This document shows positions 61,738 through 64,000 of a DNA stretch of 64,000 nt, piece after piece. Origin of the DNA: Tubiluchus corallicola (lineage: Eukaryota; Animalia; Priapulida); the NCBI GenBank assembly GCA_030141605.1, contig JAQGDQ010000855.1, positions 1-64,000 on the forward strand, in the 5' to 3' direction. The notes under the pieces are model-generated. The model made no database searches. It saw only the letters and a list, made by a program, of their open reading frames with translations, and had not been told where the DNA came from. How positions within the stretch are numbered: position 1 is the stretch's first letter; the number at the start of each line of letters is the position of its first letter. A program made the position numbers and the translations under genes.

Positions 61738-63815
61738 TCTGGTAACGTTTTTTCTGTGGGAAACAACAAATGTATTTCTGTTATAGTTGTAATTATATAT
61801 AGATCTAGACAGATCTAATTCCGGTTAATATACATTTCTGGTTCTACTTGTAATTATATATAGATCTAGACAGATCTAATTGCGTTTAATATGTTCTGGT
61901 AACGTTTTTTCTGTGGGAAACAACAAATGTATTTCTGTTATAATTGTAATTATATATATAGATCTAGACAGATCTAATTCCGGTTAATATGTATTTCTGG
62001 TTCTACTTGTAATTATGTATAGATCTAGACGATCTAATTCCGTTTAATATGTACTGGTAACGTTTTTTCTGTGGGAAACAACAAATGTATTTCTGTTATA
62101 GTTGTAATTATATATAGATCTAGACAGATCTAATTCCGTTTAATATGTTCTGGTAACGTTTTTTCTGTGGGAAACAACAAATGTATTTCTGTTATAGTTG
62201 TAATTATATATAGATCTAGACAGATCTAATTCCGTTTAATATGTTCTGGTAACGTTTTTTCTGTGGGAAACAACAAATGTAATTCTGTTATAGTTGTAAT
62301 TATATATAGATCTAGACAGATCTAATTCCGTTTAATATGTTCGGTAACGTTTTTTCTGTGGGAAACAACAAATGTATTTCTGTTATAGTTGTAATTATAT
62401 ATAGATCATGACAGATCTAATTCCGTTTAATATGTTCGGTAACGTTTTTTCTGTGGGAAACAACAAATGTATTTCTGTTATAGTTGTAATTATATACAGA
62501 TCTAGACAGATCTAATTCCGTTTAATATGTTCTAGTAACGTTTTTTCTGTGGGAAACAACAAATGTATTTCTGTTATAGTTGTAATTATATATATATCTA
62601 GACAGATCTAATTCCGTTTAATATGTTCTGGTAACGTTTTTTCTGTGGGAAACAACAAATGTATTTCTGTTATAGTTGTAATTATATATAGATCTAGACA
62701 GATCTAATTCCGTTTAATATGTTCTGGTAACGTTTTTTCTGTGGGAAACAACAAATGTATTTTTGTTATAGTTGTAATTATATATAGATCTAGACAGATC
62801 TAATTCCGTTTAATATGTTCTGGTAACGTTTTTTCTGTGGGAAACAACAAATGTATTTCTGTTATAGTTGTAATTATATAGATCTAGACAGATCTAATTC
62901 CGTTTAATATGTTCTGGTAACGTTTTCTGTGGGAAACAACATGTAATTCTGTTATAGTTGTAATTATATATAGATCTAGACAGATCTAATTCCGTTTAAT
63001 ATGTTCGGTAACGTTTTCTGTGGGAAACAACAAATGTATTTCTGTTATAGTTGTAATTATATATAGATCTGACAGATCTAATTCCGTTTAATATGTTCGG
63101 TAACGTTTTTTCTGTGGGAAACAACAAATGTATTTCTGTTATAGTTGTAATTATATATAGATCTAGACAGATCTAATTCCGTTTAATATGTTCTAGTAAC
63201 GTTTTTTCTGTGGGAAACAACAAATGTATTTCTGTTATAGTTGTAATTATATATATATCTAGACAGATCTAATTCCGTTTAATATGTTCTGGTAACGTTT
63301 TTTCTGTGGGAAACAACAAATGTATTTCTGTTATAGTTGTAATTATATATAGATCTAGACAGATCTAATTCCGTTTAATATGTTCTGGTAACGTTTTTTC
63401 TGTGGGAAACAACAAATGTATTTCTGTTATAGTTGTAATTATATATAGATCTAGACAGATCTAATTCCGTTTAATATGTTCGGTAACGTTTTTTCTGTGG
63501 GAAACAACAAATGTATTTCTGTTATAGTTGTAATTATATATAGATCTAGACAGATCTAATTCCGTTTAATATGTTCTAGTAACGTTTTTTCTGTGGGAAA
63601 CAACAAATGTATTTCTGTTATAGTTGTAATTATATATAGATCTAGACAGATCTAATTCCGTTTAATATGTTCTGGTAACGTTTTTTCTGTGGGAAACAAC
63701 AAATGTATTTCTGTTATAGTTGTAATTATATATAGATCTAGACAGATCTAATTCCGTTTAATATGTATCTCTGGATCTACTTGTAATTATGTATAGATCT
63801 AAACATATCTAATTC
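61738..63815. repeat. 96-bp satellite, about 20 copies
   Basis: Unit CTGGTAACGTTTTTTCTGTGGGAAACAACAAATGTATTTCTGTTATAGTTGTAATTATATATAGATCTAGACAGATCTAATTCCGTTTAATATGTT; first and last units carry an extra ~60-bp subunit. Confidence 0.95.
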
Positions 63816-64000
63816 TGTGATTTAGTTGCGTGGCTGCACAGATGGAAAAATATATTGGTGCAAGAAAGAAGAAAAGAAAGAGAAAAAGCAGCATTTTTTG
63901 CTAATAAAAACAAATCTACAATAATCTATTTTGCACCAGCTAATAAATAATGTAAAGAAAAAATAAGTTAGACAGGTAAACAGAATGAGTCGGATCAAGT

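Overview
AT-rich, intron-rich, repeat-laden metazoan (probably invertebrate) DNA; I cannot name the organism. Genes were assembled by hand from GT-AG boundaries with consistent phases. They are: (1) the 3' part of a matrix metalloproteinase that appears to lack a hemopexin domain (253-5262, +); (2) four tandem 7-exon chymotrypsin-family (S1A) serine protease zymogens with hydrophobic C-terminal tails (7353-14313, 18678-24959, 30070-39599, 41572-52399, all +); and (3) a 2-exon single-pass LRR/LRRCT protein with a Thr-rich stalk (54031-57504, -). The proteases alternate A-B-A-B. The B type keeps the catalytic triad but has a mesotrypsin-like Gly193->Arg and has lost Cys58, Cys168 and Cys182. Non-coding DNA holds hAT and piggyBac MITEs with verified target-site duplications (TSDs), a nested solo LTR, CR1/L2-type LINE 3' ends and several satellites, one of which arose from LINE coding sequence. 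It also holds a 261-bp RTE-derived retroelement with an 18-bp TSD whose 5' end is a twister ribozyme starting at its own cleavage site. Most short ORFs in the supplied track are microsatellite or intron artefacts.
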